Counted from the stretch's first letter, positions 39,335 through 48,466 are shown. The stretch is DNA of 56,818 nt from an uncultured virus (IMG/VR IMGVR_UViG_3300030117_008055) (IMGVR_UViG_3300030117_008055:62001-118818); one strand, 5' to 3'. Numbers and translations: made by a program. Notes: a model not told the origin generated them from the letters alone.

Positions 39335-39505
39335 ATGAGAGTGTATGTTCCAGACAAGAGCGACGCAGTTATTAATGAAGCACTGAAAGAGCTTTATCTT
39401 TTACGTCAGTCGATTGAGCACGAGGCGGGTAGTGTCAAGTCTCGGTTGAAATCTATAGACAAAATCAGAAATGCTCTTCAGAACTTAATAGCTTCAAAAG
39501 GTTAA
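39335..39505 (+). CDS. 56-aa hypothetical protein (not in ORF track)
   Basis: AAGGA upstream; fills the gap between neighbours. Confidence 0.45.
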   Translation: MRVYVPDKSDAVINEALKELYLLRQSIEHEAGSVKSRLKSIDKIRNALQNLIASKG

Positions 39506-39510
39506 GTTTT

Positions 39511-39672
39511 ATGTTTAAATTAGGTGAGCTTGTCTCCGCGAGGAGATATAACTCTGTTGGTGTTATTGTTGATACAAAGGTGAGATTTGGTGCGCAATAC
39601 TGTAAGGTTTTGTGGACTGGAGAAAAAGAAGCACACTGGGTATCATCAGAGCAGCTACGAGATAGGAATTAA
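39511..39672 (+). CDS. 53-aa SH3/KOW-like protein of the 'GDLV' family (not in ORF track)
   Basis: MFKLGELV...GVIV...YCKVLW...HWV..EQL. Confidence 0.6.
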   Translation: MFKLGELVSARRYNSVGVIVDTKVRFGAQYCKVLWTGEKEAHWVSSEQLRDRN

Positions 39673-39699
39673 ATTAATTTCATAGAAAAAGGAGGTCTT

Positions 39700-40029
39700 A
39701 TGAAGTTATTGCTAGCAGCACTAGTGCTGATGATGCTGCATGGTTGCAGCGAGGAAGACACTTATGTCGTCTCTACCGGCGATGTAACTGTTGAGGAAGG
39801 TCAAGCAGATGTGCCAGACGATGTTTCTGCCACAGATGTTGTTGACCCCGTAGAAGATGTTACTACATTTGATGTAGAGCAAGACACGGAGGTGGATGTC
39901 GAGGTAGATGTTGAGGAAGGTATTGACGTCGAGGACGACGAAAATGTTGAGCAGTTGGACGAGGATCCAACCAGCTTCAGGAGCAATCCTGATCCAGGCT
40001 CTCAGTTTTTCAATCCTGAAGTCCCTTAA
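39700..40029 (+). CDS. Acidic lipoprotein
   Basis: Signal peptide with lipobox-like LHGC; D/E/V-rich; AGGAGG RBS. Confidence 0.65.
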   Translation: MKLLLAALVLMMLHGCSEEDTYVVSTGDVTVEEGQADVPDDVSATDVVDPVEDVTTFDVEQDTEVDVEVDVEEGIDVEDDENVEQLDEDPTSFRSNPDPGSQFFNPEVP

Positions 40030-40055
40030 TCCACCGGGCGCTTTGCGCCCACTTT

Positions 40056-40143
40056 GGCCGAGTGGTGGAATTGGCATACACAACAGACTTAAAATCTGTC
40101 GCCCGTATTGGGCTTGCGGGTTCGAGTCCCGCCTCGGCTACCA
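40056..40143 (+). tRNA. tRNA-Leu(UAA)
   Basis: Acceptor GGCCGAG/CTCGGCT, anticodon arm ACAGA-CTTAAAA-TCTGT, long variable arm, GTTCGAG and encoded CCA. Confidence 0.93.
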
Positions 40144-40149
40144 TTACAA

Positions 40150-40222
<73 letters not shown>

Positions 40223-40232
40223 TATTATACAC

Positions 40233-40309
40233 GGGCTCTTAGCTCAGTTGGTTAGAGCCCCCCGCTCATAACGGGGTAGTCCTCGGTTCGAGTCCGAGAG
40301 AGCCCACCA
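40233..40309 (+). tRNA. tRNA with CAU anticodon, probably Ile2 (lysidine-modified, reads AUA)
   Basis: GGGCTCT/AGAGCCC acceptor, CTCATAA loop and CCA. Resembles ileX-type tRNAs and lacks the initiator C1:A72 mismatch. Confidence 0.85.
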
Positions 40310-40322
40310 AACAAGGAGAACT

Positions 40323-41246
40323 ATGTACAACTTAGGATATGCATGTATTAATATGGGCTTGAGTAATCAACCCAAGTCTAAAAGAGTTACTACAAATCGC
40401 TCAATGATTCGTAAGACTTTTGACGCTAAGGGTCTACCTTACGCTTCAGAGCTAACGCTACAAAACTGCTTGGATCTTGAAAGAATCATTCAGTGGAATC
40501 AAGATAACAACATTAAGTTTTATCGCATGTCTTCTGATATTGCGCCATGGCACAGTGAGTATAACCTTGAGGATCTTCCTGACTTCACAGCCATCGCTGC
40601 ATCCCTTCAGCGAGCAGGTGCGTTGGCGAAGTTATATGGTCAGCGTATTACAACTCACCCTGGCCCCTTTAACAAGTTGACTAGTCCAACCCCTCACGTT
40701 GTAACTAATACAATCGTTGACCTTGAGAACCACGGCAGAATATTTGATCTAATGGGACTTCCACGGACTCCTTATGCGAAGATTAATATTCACGTCGGCG
40801 CACACTATAACAACAAGCCAATGGCTGTCGATAATTTTTGTCGTAATTTTGAGCGGTTGTCTGATGCGGTGCGTAGTCGACTAACAGTTGAGAATGACGA
40901 TAAGCCTAGTTTGTATTCTACCAAAGAACTCTATGATGACGTGTACAGTCGTATTGGTATCCCGATTGTTTTTGACTATCATCACCACAAGTTTTGTGAT
41001 GGGGGACAAGATGAAGAAGAGGCACTGCTGACTGCATGTACAACATGGGGAGATATTCGCCCTGTTGTGCATTATTCTCAATCTAGGTCCGTTGAGCATA
41101 ATGATCCAAAGATCAGAGCTAATGCACACTCTGATTCATACTGGACACCGATTAATCTTTACGATCTTGATTTGGATGTTATGTTGGAGTGCAAGCACAA
41201 AGAAATTGGCTTGTACAAAATGCGTGAACTTTTGGAGGCAGCATGA
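40323..41246 (+). CDS. uvsE: UV damage endonuclease
   Basis: LGYACIN, FYRMSS, HPGPF, NIHVG, VENDD, VFDYHHH, AHSD and MLECKHKE. Confidence 0.93.
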   Translation: MYNLGYACINMGLSNQPKSKRVTTNRSMIRKTFDAKGLPYASELTLQNCLDLERIIQWNQDNNIKFYRMSSDIAPWHSEYNLEDLPDFTAIAASLQRAGALAKLYGQRITTHPGPFNKLTSPTPHVVTNTIVDLENHGRIFDLMGLPRTPYAKINIHVGAHYNNKPMAVDNFCRNFERLSDAVRSRLTVENDDKPSLYSTKELYDDVYSRIGIPIVFDYHHHKFCDGGQDEEEALLTACTTWGDIRPVVHYSQSRSVEHNDPKIRANAHSDSYWTPINLYDLDLDVMLECKHKEIGLYKMRELLEAA

Positions 41247-41377
41247 AGATTAAAAGATTTTTAAAGAGAAGATTCAACCACAAAACCACTGAAAACTCAG
41301 CAGATGTTTTGTTAACGACACTTATTTTATCCGGGTGGTTTGCGTGTCTCGTGTCCTACCTCGCTATAAACTAATAT

Positions 41378-41454
41378 GCGCCCGTAGCTCAGCTGGATAG
41401 AGCAACGGCCTTCTAAGCCGTAGGTCACAGGTTCGAACCCTGTCGGGCGTGCCA
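41378..41454 (+). tRNA. tRNA-Arg(UCU)
   Basis: GCGCCCG/CGGGCGT acceptor, ACGGC-CTTCTAA-GCCGT anticodon arm and CCA. Confidence 0.95.
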
Positions 41455-41478
41455 CATTTTTACTAATAGGAGAAAAAA

Positions 41479-41667
41479 ATGTTAGAACAAAAGAAAAATA
41501 ACAATGTAGCAACAACCTTTTTTATTGCTTCGCTAGCGTCCGTTGTGGCGAGTATCGGAGTGTGGATGACCGTTGATGGTGATCCCGCACATGCAGAGCG
41601 CTTCGGCATCTTTGTAGGACTTTGGGCGCCAACTCTCATGGGTCTTGCAAACTATTTCCGGGAGTAA
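41479..41667 (+). CDS. Small two-TM membrane protein
   Basis: [23 protein letters not shown]. Confidence 0.7.
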   Translation: MLEQKKNNNVATTFFIASLASVVASIGVWMTVDGDPAHAERFGIFVGLWAPTLMGLANYFRE

Positions 41668-41670
41668 ATA

Positions 41671-42045
41671 ATGACGCCACCAGGCATCGCTAATACAAAA
41701 ACTATGAGTCATAAGGTATATTATGATGAGAGTTGTTATGTCTGCTCACTAGAAATAAATGCGGTACGAAAACGAGGCGAAGCATGTGGTATCAAGTTTG
41801 TTGACATCAGTGATCCTAGCTTCAACAAGAAAGGTGACTTTGAAACAGAAATGGTAGGAGAGTTTGATGGCAAGCTCACAGTTGGTGCTGACACATTTCG
41901 TCTCATGTATGAAAAAATGGGATTCAAAAAAACTGTTGCGATTACTAAGCTACCAATATTAAAGCAGTTTTTTAATTCTGCATACTGGATTTTTGCACAC
42001 TGTATTAGGCCGTATTTGCCAAGGAAAAAACGAGGTAAAACATGA
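41671..42045 (+). CDS. DCC/DUF393 thiol-disulfide oxidoreductase-like protein
   Basis: YYDESCYVC, FVDIS and AYWIFA..R. Confidence 0.8.
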   Translation: MTPPGIANTKTMSHKVYYDESCYVCSLEINAVRKRGEACGIKFVDISDPSFNKKGDFETEMVGEFDGKLTVGADTFRLMYEKMGFKKTVAITKLPILKQFFNSAYWIFAHCIRPYLPRKKRGKT

Positions 42046-42167
42046 GTGAATTTAAGCAACATATAGAAAAAGCCGAGCGCACGATTTTTTTTCTTAGTGT
42101 GTGCGGCTGTCTTTCGGCAGTGGCGTACATTGTGTCTAAGTTTTGTTTATAGTTGGAGCACCACACA

Positions 42168-42638
42168 ATGAATGAAGAGTATTTTAAAAAGTGGAACCCC
42201 AGCGTTAACTACCGTGAGAGCCCCCATCTTTATAATATTGGCAGGGGTCAGCAGGGTGTTTTAATATGCGAGCCCTACAAGTCAGAGATATGTGCGTACT
42301 GGAGATTTAAAACTGTACCAGAGGCAAGGGCCAGCAGTCAAACGATTCTAAAAATGTTTTATAGTTTTTTAGACGATGATGATTTTGTTGGTGCAGACAT
42401 GGCCAAAAAATTTTTACATATGGGCTTTACTAGGGCTAGAAGATATGCAAACCATCGTGATGGTAAAAAATATGCTAAGGACCGTTCGATAATCCCTCAA
42501 GAGCCTGATGCCATGACTTGCGAGAAAGCAGATAGTGCGAGGATATTTTATGCTTGCTGGAAAGAGGCAAGGGAAAACGAACGATATCTAAAAATGAAAA
42601 CACGACACAAACAGAGGGCTTCAAATGAAGGGCAATAA
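42168..42638 (+). CDS. DUF4385 family protein
   Basis: YNIGRGQQGVL.CEPYKSEI...WRFKT...FVGADMAKKFLHMGFTRARRYANH. Confidence 0.8.
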   Translation: MNEEYFKKWNPSVNYRESPHLYNIGRGQQGVLICEPYKSEICAYWRFKTVPEARASSQTILKMFYSFLDDDDFVGADMAKKFLHMGFTRARRYANHRDGKKYAKDRSIIPQEPDAMTCEKADSARIFYACWKEARENERYLKMKTRHKQRASNEGQ

Positions 42639-42864
42639 ACTTTTATTTTCAAAGTACAAACAAGACAGGATTAAGGGTTACAGAAAACTTATCAAATCAC
42701 AGAAAGATTATTATGCTCCTCCAAAAGACGCTGTTAAGGATATTGTTGAGGCTATGGAGGCTCAGGGTTTTGACGTCACGAAAAAAGAAGTTGAGGCGTA
42801 CATGACATCCTCATATGCAGTTTTTGATAGAAAGTATTATTTGGACCACAACAAGAGAAAATGA
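42625..42864 (+). CDS. Hypothetical protein
   Basis: ORF coupled to its neighbours. Confidence 0.5.
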   Translation: MKGNKLLFSKYKQDRIKGYRKLIKSQKDYYAPPKDAVKDIVEAMEAQGFDVTKKEVEAYMTSSYAVFDRKYYLDHNKRK

Positions 42865-42878
42865 AACTACTTAATAAC

Positions 42879-43409
42879 ATGAGGAGTATACTTTCTAAGT
42901 GGCGCAATTTTTTGCTCGCAGAGGCGCTTGACGCATACGAGGATAATGGACAGACAACTCTATATCATTACTCTAAAGCCGACAAGCCTTCTCTTGCATT
43001 GGATCCTGATCGTTTTTTAGAGCACAACGCCTACACTAGAAATGATTTCAATGCCTCATCTCTGCCGCGCATATTTTTTTATGTTAACCTTGATCATGCG
43101 GAGCCTATAGTTAAGGAGGGTGCAACTCTTTACACAACAAAGGTGAGCACAAGCGACATATACGACATGAGATCTGACGAACTAGGCTTAAAGCAGAAGG
43201 CCATGAGATATCCAGGCATACCAGCCAGTATAGATTTTGATTGGATGCTACGGAGTATCGCAGGGGCGATTCCAGAGAACTGGTCTAGTAAAAGTATTTT
43301 GCCCGAAGGTGCGTCCCCGTACAAGGGCGCGTATTACACACTCTCTAACATGGACGTTGTTGTATGGTTTGACCAGATTGAAGTTACTAAAGCATCGCGA
43401 GAGGATTAA
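42879..43409 (+). CDS. Candidate head-packaged protein, possibly ADP-ribosyltransferase-like fold
   Basis: ACTACTTA 5 nt before the ATG; MRSILSKWRNFLLAE leader; TLYHYS...IFFY. Confidence 0.45.
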   Translation: MRSILSKWRNFLLAEALDAYEDNGQTTLYHYSKADKPSLALDPDRFLEHNAYTRNDFNASSLPRIFFYVNLDHAEPIVKEGATLYTTKVSTSDIYDMRSDELGLKQKAMRYPGIPASIDFDWMLRSIAGAIPENWSSKSILPEGASPYKGAYYTLSNMDVVVWFDQIEVTKASRED

Positions 43410-43676
43410 ATGAATGTTAAAGATGTAGTCTTTCAGGACTATCAAGGCATCAGGAGATATGGTGTCATAAGCGAGCGTGTCGAAAAAAACGGATGGGCTC
43501 ATTTTAAGGTTGACTGGGTTAACGATGGTTGCTACAATAGGGCTATGGATTTCTTATCGCAGCTTCGTGGCAAAGATTTTTATCGCTATACTTATCGTGT
43601 TGATGAACTCACAAAAGTCGACCCAGAGCGAGAGCTAAAAGCGCTCTTTAGCTGCCTAGAACTTTCCAACTCATAG
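43410..43676 (+). CDS. SH3-like hypothetical protein
   Basis: MNVKDVV...YGVI...FKVDW; GAGG RBS. Confidence 0.55.
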   Translation: MNVKDVVFQDYQGIRRYGVISERVEKNGWAHFKVDWVNDGCYNRAMDFLSQLRGKDFYRYTYRVDELTKVDPERELKALFSCLELSNS

Positions 43677-43706
43677 ATTTTTTTTACCTAAACTATTTAT
43701 TATATC

Positions 43707-44135
43707 ATGTATCTTCCACTATCAGGATATGCAGAAAAGAAAAAAGTAGGTAAAGAAAGAATGTCTGTTAACTCAATCGGATCCGGCGTAAGCTCAAGGG
43801 CAGTTAGACCAACGCCCGAAGTTGTTGATGCCCAACAAGAAACTCGCAAACTTCCTCCTGCTGGTTCCGAACGCAAAGAGGGCGACCACGCCTACCCAGA
43901 CATGGGATACAGCGGGATGAGCACACAGGATTTTTTGCACTTAAAATCGCACTGCGAAGACGAACCATATGCAATCTTGGATAAGGTTATAGCATCCATG
44001 AAAAAAAACATGGAGGAGGTGGGCGAAGCACTAGAATCTTTGACAAAGATGGTGGAGCAAACCTCTCAATCAAATCTTGCCCTCAAGTTGCTACAAGAGA
44101 CTTTTGAGGCTGTTGAAAAGATGCAAGATCGTTAA
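43707..44135 (+). CDS. Hypothetical protein (start 43707 or 43761)
   Basis: ACTATTTA upstream; coiled-coil C-terminus. Confidence 0.5.
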   Translation: MYLPLSGYAEKKKVGKERMSVNSIGSGVSSRAVRPTPEVVDAQQETRKLPPAGSERKEGDHAYPDMGYSGMSTQDFLHLKSHCEDEPYAILDKVIASMKKNMEEVGEALESLTKMVEQTSQSNLALKLLQETFEAVEKMQDR

Positions 44136-44163
44136 AGTTTTTTGCTCGCCCGCACGTTTTAGT

Positions 44164-44192
44164 GTTTACTCGTATGTGTGTGTACCTATTGT
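44164..44192 (+). promoter_or_regulatory. Early promoter (T4 Pe-like)
   Basis: GTTTAC-N17-TATTGT. Confidence 0.75.
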
Positions 44193-44215
44193 TATTGTGA
44201 CAGCAGGAGGTCAAA

Positions 44216-44434
44216 ATGCAAACATCATTTTTAACAGGCGACTTGGTTTATTTGAGATTGGCTGGAGAGGTCATTCCTAGCACGCTTGGGGTCATTACAA
44301 GCTCCATGAAACAAGAGAAATCTCACAAGATTCTGTGGCTTGATTCTCAATCATCTGGATCCCAAGCATGGTATCACGAGTCTCAGCTTCAACGAGTGCC
44401 TGATGAATCTTACGAAACTGATTGTGATTTTTAA
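44216..44434 (+). CDS. SH3/KOW-like 'GDLV' family protein
   Basis: FLTGDLV...GVI...KILW...WYHESQL; AGGAGG RBS. Confidence 0.65.
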   Translation: MQTSFLTGDLVYLRLAGEVIPSTLGVITSSMKQEKSHKILWLDSQSSGSQAWYHESQLQRVPDESYETDCDF

Positions 44435-44455
44435 TATAACTTTAGGAACAGCGAT

Positions 44456-44656
44456 ATGAAACCAGAGTGTATTGAGTGCGGCGAAGAGTACAACCCAAAG
44501 CGAGCAGCGCTTGGATATAAAACCTGCCTGGACTGTGGTCAAGGAAACGCAGAGCGTGAAATCCTACGCAAATCCAGATGCATAGCCCCAGCTTACAATA
44601 AGGGAGCGTACATGTACGTCAGCAGCAGTGCCATGGCGCGGGATTTGGGCCGATAG
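44456..44656 (+). CDS. TraR/DksA-type C4 zinc-finger protein
   Basis: CIECGEEY.PKR.ALG..TCLDC. Confidence 0.6.
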   Translation: MKPECIECGEEYNPKRAALGYKTCLDCGQGNAEREILRKSRCIAPAYNKGAYMYVSSSAMARDLGR

Positions 44657-44662
44657 TTTTTT

Positions 44663-44691
44663 GTTTACCAGCCGATTTTTGTCCCTATGGT
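44663..44691 (+). promoter_or_regulatory. Early promoter
   Basis: GTTTAC-N17-TATGGT. Confidence 0.8.
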
Positions 44692-44708
44692 GTTGACAGG
44701 AGGACGAC

Positions 44709-45260
44709 ATGCCAAACTTATCAGCTTACTGCTTTAAGCCTAAACACGGAATAGAAATGGCGAGGAAAATCATCGAACATTTTTGTAATGACTTTCTCGA
44801 CTATGCTCATGAGGGATTCTATCTATACTGGCGCGAGCACGACCCCAGGCTAAAACACAGAACTCTCCCAGAGGGCTGGGTGGAGTTCTATGTTGACACA
44901 GATTGTGGCAACTTGGAGGCGTGGTCTGAAGTGTGCTACCAAGAGCGCGAGGTTGAGGCATATGATATGACTGAAAAGTTCTTTGTTCTTCTTGGTGAAG
45001 ACTTTTGGCACGAAGATGATGATGGGCAATTGCAGTACACGATGTATGAGCGCGAGTTGTTTGAGCTAGTTATAGCTTTAAGTGAGGAAGGATCAAGATC
45101 TATAGCTTGGGGTGGTGATCGTACTACGTATGTTTCCTACACCAATGATAAGGGTGAGCGGGGCACGGAACATGTTGACATGCTGGAATACGTGCTCACG
45201 ACTCCCATTAAAGATGAAAATAAAAAAGGGTCATTACAGTTTACTCTCGATTTGAGGTAA
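44709..45260 (+). CDS. Hypothetical early protein
   Basis: AGGAGGACGAC-ATG directly after a promoter. Confidence 0.65.
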   Translation: MPNLSAYCFKPKHGIEMARKIIEHFCNDFLDYAHEGFYLYWREHDPRLKHRTLPEGWVEFYVDTDCGNLEAWSEVCYQEREVEAYDMTEKFFVLLGEDFWHEDDDGQLQYTMYERELFELVIALSEEGSRSIAWGGDRTTYVSYTNDKGERGTEHVDMLEYVLTTPIKDENKKGSLQFTLDLR

Positions 45261-45267
45261 CTATAGT
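45239..45267 (+). promoter_or_regulatory. Early promoter
   Basis: GTTTAC-N17-TATAGT. Confidence 0.8.
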
Positions 45268-45294
45268 AAAGCTGTAAGACACAGGAGGACGACA

Positions 45295-46074
45295 ATGGCT
45301 TACATAACTGACGAGGATGGAAACTGGAAGCGCACAGTGCGCTGTGGATATTGCTACGAGAAGGGCCACAATCAAAGTGCTTGCCCGAAACGTAAAAAAG
45401 ATCTCAAAAACAACATCGAACGCTACACAAGAGAGCTAGCTGAAACAGACCGACCTGCTGATGATTATCAGGTCAGGAATACTGAGCGCTATCTTCGACA
45501 CAGCATAGATCAGCTTCAGAAAATGGAGAGTCGTGGCAAGAACCGTAAGTGCGGATACTGCAACGAGCCTGGTCATACCCGACGCACGTGCCCCCATCGC
45601 ATAGCAAAGGTTGATGAAGCACTGGCTGCTACAATCGATGCACGAAAGCGCATTGTTGAGCGCATGGTCATCGATGGATTCGGCCCAGGAGCGCTCATCA
45701 ACGTCGGAAATGAACACGAGACGGTCTTGGCTGTTGTTGACGAGGTGCGGGTTGGAGACATTGGGCCAAATCATGTAATATCTAAGGATGGTTATTTTTA
45801 CGGGTGCCAAGCTATTTCATATCAGTATGTCGTCCCACACGAAGATCAATGGGGTGGTCGCCCCTTGGCTGGAGGTATGTGCTACATCCCTGCGGAATAT
45901 CTCAACATCGACGACATCCCAGAGAATGAGTGGTATACCAGCGCAGCCAACCGTTCATGCACGCTGCTATCTGGCGCTGATGTCAGAGAGCATCATCTGC
46001 TAACTGACGACAACTTCAATGACAAAAAGAAGCTAAGAAAATGGGTCACAAACGTGATTGTCGATCCTAAATAA
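45295..46074 (+). CDS. Protein with two CCHC zinc knuckles
   Basis: CGYCYEKGHNQSAC and CGYCNEPGHTRRTC (CX2CX4HX4C). Confidence 0.8.
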   Translation: MAYITDEDGNWKRTVRCGYCYEKGHNQSACPKRKKDLKNNIERYTRELAETDRPADDYQVRNTERYLRHSIDQLQKMESRGKNRKCGYCNEPGHTRRTCPHRIAKVDEALAATIDARKRIVERMVIDGFGPGALINVGNEHETVLAVVDEVRVGDIGPNHVISKDGYFYGCQAISYQYVVPHEDQWGGRPLAGGMCYIPAEYLNIDDIPENEWYTSAANRSCTLLSGADVREHHLLTDDNFNDKKKLRKWVTNVIVDPK

Positions 46075-46079
46075 AAAAC

Positions 46080-46109
46080 CTTTACATCATAGATTGTCGT
46101 CCCTATGAT
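46080..46109 (+). promoter_or_regulatory. Early promoter
   Basis: CTTTAC-N18-TATGAT. Confidence 0.65.
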
Positions 46110-46186
46110 GTGGGTACTGGAATGAGCCGTGAATGAACGCGGCGGGATAGGGTGGGTTTTATGGATGACTTTAAGACGGAGAAAGG

Positions 46187-46546
46187 ATGATGGGAACACG
46201 TTCAAATGTCTATGTTGAAACAGAGCCGGGGACATATGTTGGCACTTACTGCCACTACGATGGTTATCCTAGTCATATGTTTCCAACGCTGACAGCGATT
46301 GACAAGGACATCTTACTTACACATGTTCTTATCGCCGCTCCGCAAGGTGGTTTCCGCATCCTTCAGGAGCGAGGCACCGAGTATCTTAGCGATTACTCAA
46401 ATCCTTGTGTGCTTGAGAATCCTGCTGATGAAGACTGGGGTCCAGATTACGTCTACATTAAGTGCTACGATGGCGGCGTTAAGTGGCGAAACACTTTTGA
46501 TGGCTGCTGGCGAAAAAGTTATGTCGAGTCTGTGGACATTGACTAA
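46187..46546 (+). CDS. Phage hypothetical protein (GTRS...YCHYDGYP)
   Basis: Motif pattern recurrent in phage early regions; RBS present. Confidence 0.65.
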   Translation: MMGTRSNVYVETEPGTYVGTYCHYDGYPSHMFPTLTAIDKDILLTHVLIAAPQGGFRILQERGTEYLSDYSNPCVLENPADEDWGPDYVYIKCYDGGVKWRNTFDGCWRKSYVESVDID

Positions 46547-46740
46547 TGGAACAACAGTTTGACATTGGAGACTTGGTTTTGTACTTGCTTGATGGAGACA
46601 TAGGCATGGTAATGGACAAGAACATTGGTTCAAATGAGCCGTACTATGTCGAATGGTACATCCATCCAGACCAATCTGGCTGGCACAGTACACTTCATTC
46701 AGAGTATGACCATCAAGTGATGGTGCCCCTCGGTGGCTAG
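46546..46740 (+). CDS. SH3/KOW-like 'GDLV' family protein
   Basis: FDIGDLV...GMV...YYVEW. Confidence 0.65.
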   Translation: MEQQFDIGDLVLYLLDGDIGMVMDKNIGSNEPYYVEWYIHPDQSGWHSTLHSEYDHQVMVPLGG

Positions 46741-46918
46741 AATAAACGCTGGAGACTTGGTTGAGGGTAAAAGACATCTTAACAGTCGCAAGGGTATTGT
46801 TCTTGACCTGTATGAGTCCGATGCTGGCACGCCTTATGTCGAGGTCTACTGGTTCGACTTAAGCGAGCGCATTTGGCATGACGAGCTTGAGGTAGAGTTG
46901 ATCAGTGAAAGTCGGTGA
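46733..46918 (+). CDS. SH3/KOW-like 'GDLV' family protein
   Basis: INAGDLV...GIV...VEVYW...ELISESR. Confidence 0.65.
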   Translation: MARINAGDLVEGKRHLNSRKGIVLDLYESDAGTPYVEVYWFDLSERIWHDELEVELISESR

Positions 46919-47096
46919 TGTTGTTAGATTAAAAGAGGGCTACCAAATAAAGGGTGTTGACTATGGGATAGGCATCGTTGTGTCCACCCAAGATTATCCT
47001 GAAGAGGGTTTTACCTCGCACAAGATTGTGTGGAGCAACACTGACTTTTCATTTCACAGCACAAAAGAGCTGGAGTTGATTAGTGAAAACAAGTAG
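46905..47096 (+). CDS. MKVGD-family SH3/KOW-like protein
   Basis: Starts inside the junction repeat (GTG). Confidence 0.7.
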   Translation: MKVGDVVRLKEGYQIKGVDYGIGIVVSTQDYPEEGFTSHKIVWSNTDFSFHSTKELELISENK

Positions 47097-47343
47097 TTGG
47101 CACTTTTATGTTTTACTCTGTGCTGATGGTTCTTATTATGCTGGTGTAACGACGGACACAGAAAGAAGGCTACACGAGCACAATCATACCAAGCGTGGCG
47201 CGAAGTATACTAGAAGAAGAAGGCCCACGAAGATTGTTTTGTTAGAACCCCATCCTGATCGTTCATCAGCCATGAAGGCCGAGAACAGCTTCAAGCGTCT
47301 GACTCGAAAGCAGAAAGAAGAGAAGATAAATGAAAGTCGGTGA
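47083..47343 (+). CDS. Small GIY-YIG nuclease (UPF0213/YhbQ-like)
   Basis: FYVLLCADGSYYAGVTTD..RRL.EHN...GAKYTR.RRP...AMKAE...K. Confidence 0.88.
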   Translation: MKTSSWHFYVLLCADGSYYAGVTTDTERRLHEHNHTKRGAKYTRRRRPTKIVLLEPHPDRSSAMKAENSFKRLTRKQKEEKINESR

Positions 47344-47491
47344 TTTAGTAAAGTTCAAGCCCAATGGCGAGTCGGGATTGGTCATTGTCATACCGTTTCC
47401 TGGAGGAGATACGTATCGCGTGCAGTGGCTCGATGGAAGTGCAAGCAATCATCACCGTAAACAACTAGAGGTTATCAGTGAAGGTCGGTGA
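47330..47491 (+). CDS. 53-aa MKVGD-family protein (not in ORF track)
   Basis: MKVGDLVKFKPNGESGLVIV...YRVQW...LEVISEGR. Confidence 0.75.
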   Translation: MKVGDLVKFKPNGESGLVIVIPFPGGDTYRVQWLDGSASNHHRKQLEVISEGR

Positions 47492-47666
47492 TTTGGTTTT
47501 GCGTACTGATGTTTTGGTTAGGCTCTCGTTGGGCGCGGGTATTATAGTGGCTAAAAATACGAATAGAGACGGCACTCTTTTCTATCAAGTTAAATGGTCT
47601 CGCGAGAACTGCGACATGTACTGGTACGATGGGCCAGAGCTGGAGGTTATCAATGAAAGTCGGTGA
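47478..47666 (+). CDS. MKVGD-family protein
   Basis: Junction at both ends; finishes LEVINESR. Confidence 0.75.
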   Translation: MKVGDLVLRTDVLVRLSLGAGIIVAKNTNRDGTLFYQVKWSRENCDMYWYDGPELEVINESR

Positions 47667-47817
47667 CGCTGTTATAGTAAAAGGCAGAGAAGAATATGGC
47701 GCTGGTAAGATTGTCAGATTCTATGCTAACCAAGGCACCATGCTGGTTGAGTTTCCCAAAGAGGAGAGCATGATTTACTGCGATTACTCAGCGGTGGAGA
47801 GTCATGAAAGTCGGTGA
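47653..47817 (+). CDS. MKVGD-family protein (YorP-like)
   Basis: True start is the ATG at 47653 in the junction; finishes ESHESR. Confidence 0.75.
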   Translation: MKVGDAVIVKGREEYGAGKIVRFYANQGTMLVEFPKEESMIYCDYSAVESHESR

Positions 47818-48004
47818 TTTAGTAAATAACACGCACGCCCTTGACCGGAGCGGTTTGGGTCTTATAGTAGAAGTGAAAGTTCGTGACCCGGAGGCCCCTC
47901 CCGGTTGCGATTACAGAGTACATTGGATTAACCCGCCGACTGGATGCCCTGATTATTCATGGAACAGCGCGGCATGGCTGGAGATTATAAATGAGCAAGA
48001 ATAA
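47804..48004 (+). CDS. MKVGD-family protein
   Basis: MKVGDLV...GLIV...YRVHW...LEIINEQE. Confidence 0.75.
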   Translation: MKVGDLVNNTHALDRSGLGLIVEVKVRDPEAPPGCDYRVHWINPPTGCPDYSWNSAAWLEIINEQE

Positions 48005-48287
48005 AAGAATCGAGTGCGCTGACGGATTTAGCATGAGTGTGCAAGCTAGCAGCTTCAACTATTGTCAGCCGAGAGTTGACAATGCTTCAGCTTACGAAGA
48101 GGTTGAGGTTGGGTTTCCAAGCAGCCCTGAATCTCTTTTGAGTAGCTACGCCGAAGACCCGTCAAAACCAACTGAGACTATCTACGGCTGGGTGCCATCG
48201 GAAGTTGTACTCAATGTTGTTGCAAAGCACGGCGGCATAGTTTCTGGTGACTTGCCACCGGGCCTTGTCTATCTGGAGGCACCATGA
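47991..48287 (+). CDS. Phage hypothetical protein (CADGFSMSVQAS...YCQPR)
   Basis: Motif pattern; 14-nt overlap with the upstream gene. Confidence 0.65.
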   Translation: MSKNKRIECADGFSMSVQASSFNYCQPRVDNASAYEEVEVGFPSSPESLLSSYAEDPSKPTETIYGWVPSEVVLNVVAKHGGIVSGDLPPGLVYLEAP

Positions 48288-48466
48288 AAGCTGGAGATCT
48301 GGTGATGAGCAAGGCTTATCAAAACCATGTGAATATTTTACCAGCCAAGCTGGTCGTACAAACGACTGCGAAGTTGGGCTATGCTAAAGGTCCGTTCATT
48401 GTTACAGCCGATGAGCCTGATGAGTGGAAGCCAGCCAAGAGTTTTTTTGTAGTGTCGCCTGCATAA
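48284..48466 (+). CDS. MKAGDLV-type small protein
   Basis: GGAGG RBS and ATGA overlap. Confidence 0.6.
   Translation: MKAGDLVMSKAYQNHVNILPAKLVVQTTAKLGYAKGPFIVTADEPDEWKPAKSFFVVSPA

Noticed and set aside
46110..46186. Possible small RNA or riboswitch in a G-rich leader
   Set aside because: No convincing stem or known motif found by eye.
47083..47343. GIY-YIG gene as a mobile homing endonuclease
   Set aside because: At 86 aa it is catalytic domain only (UPF0213-like) with no DNA-binding extension; a role in cassette mobility cannot be supported from sequence.
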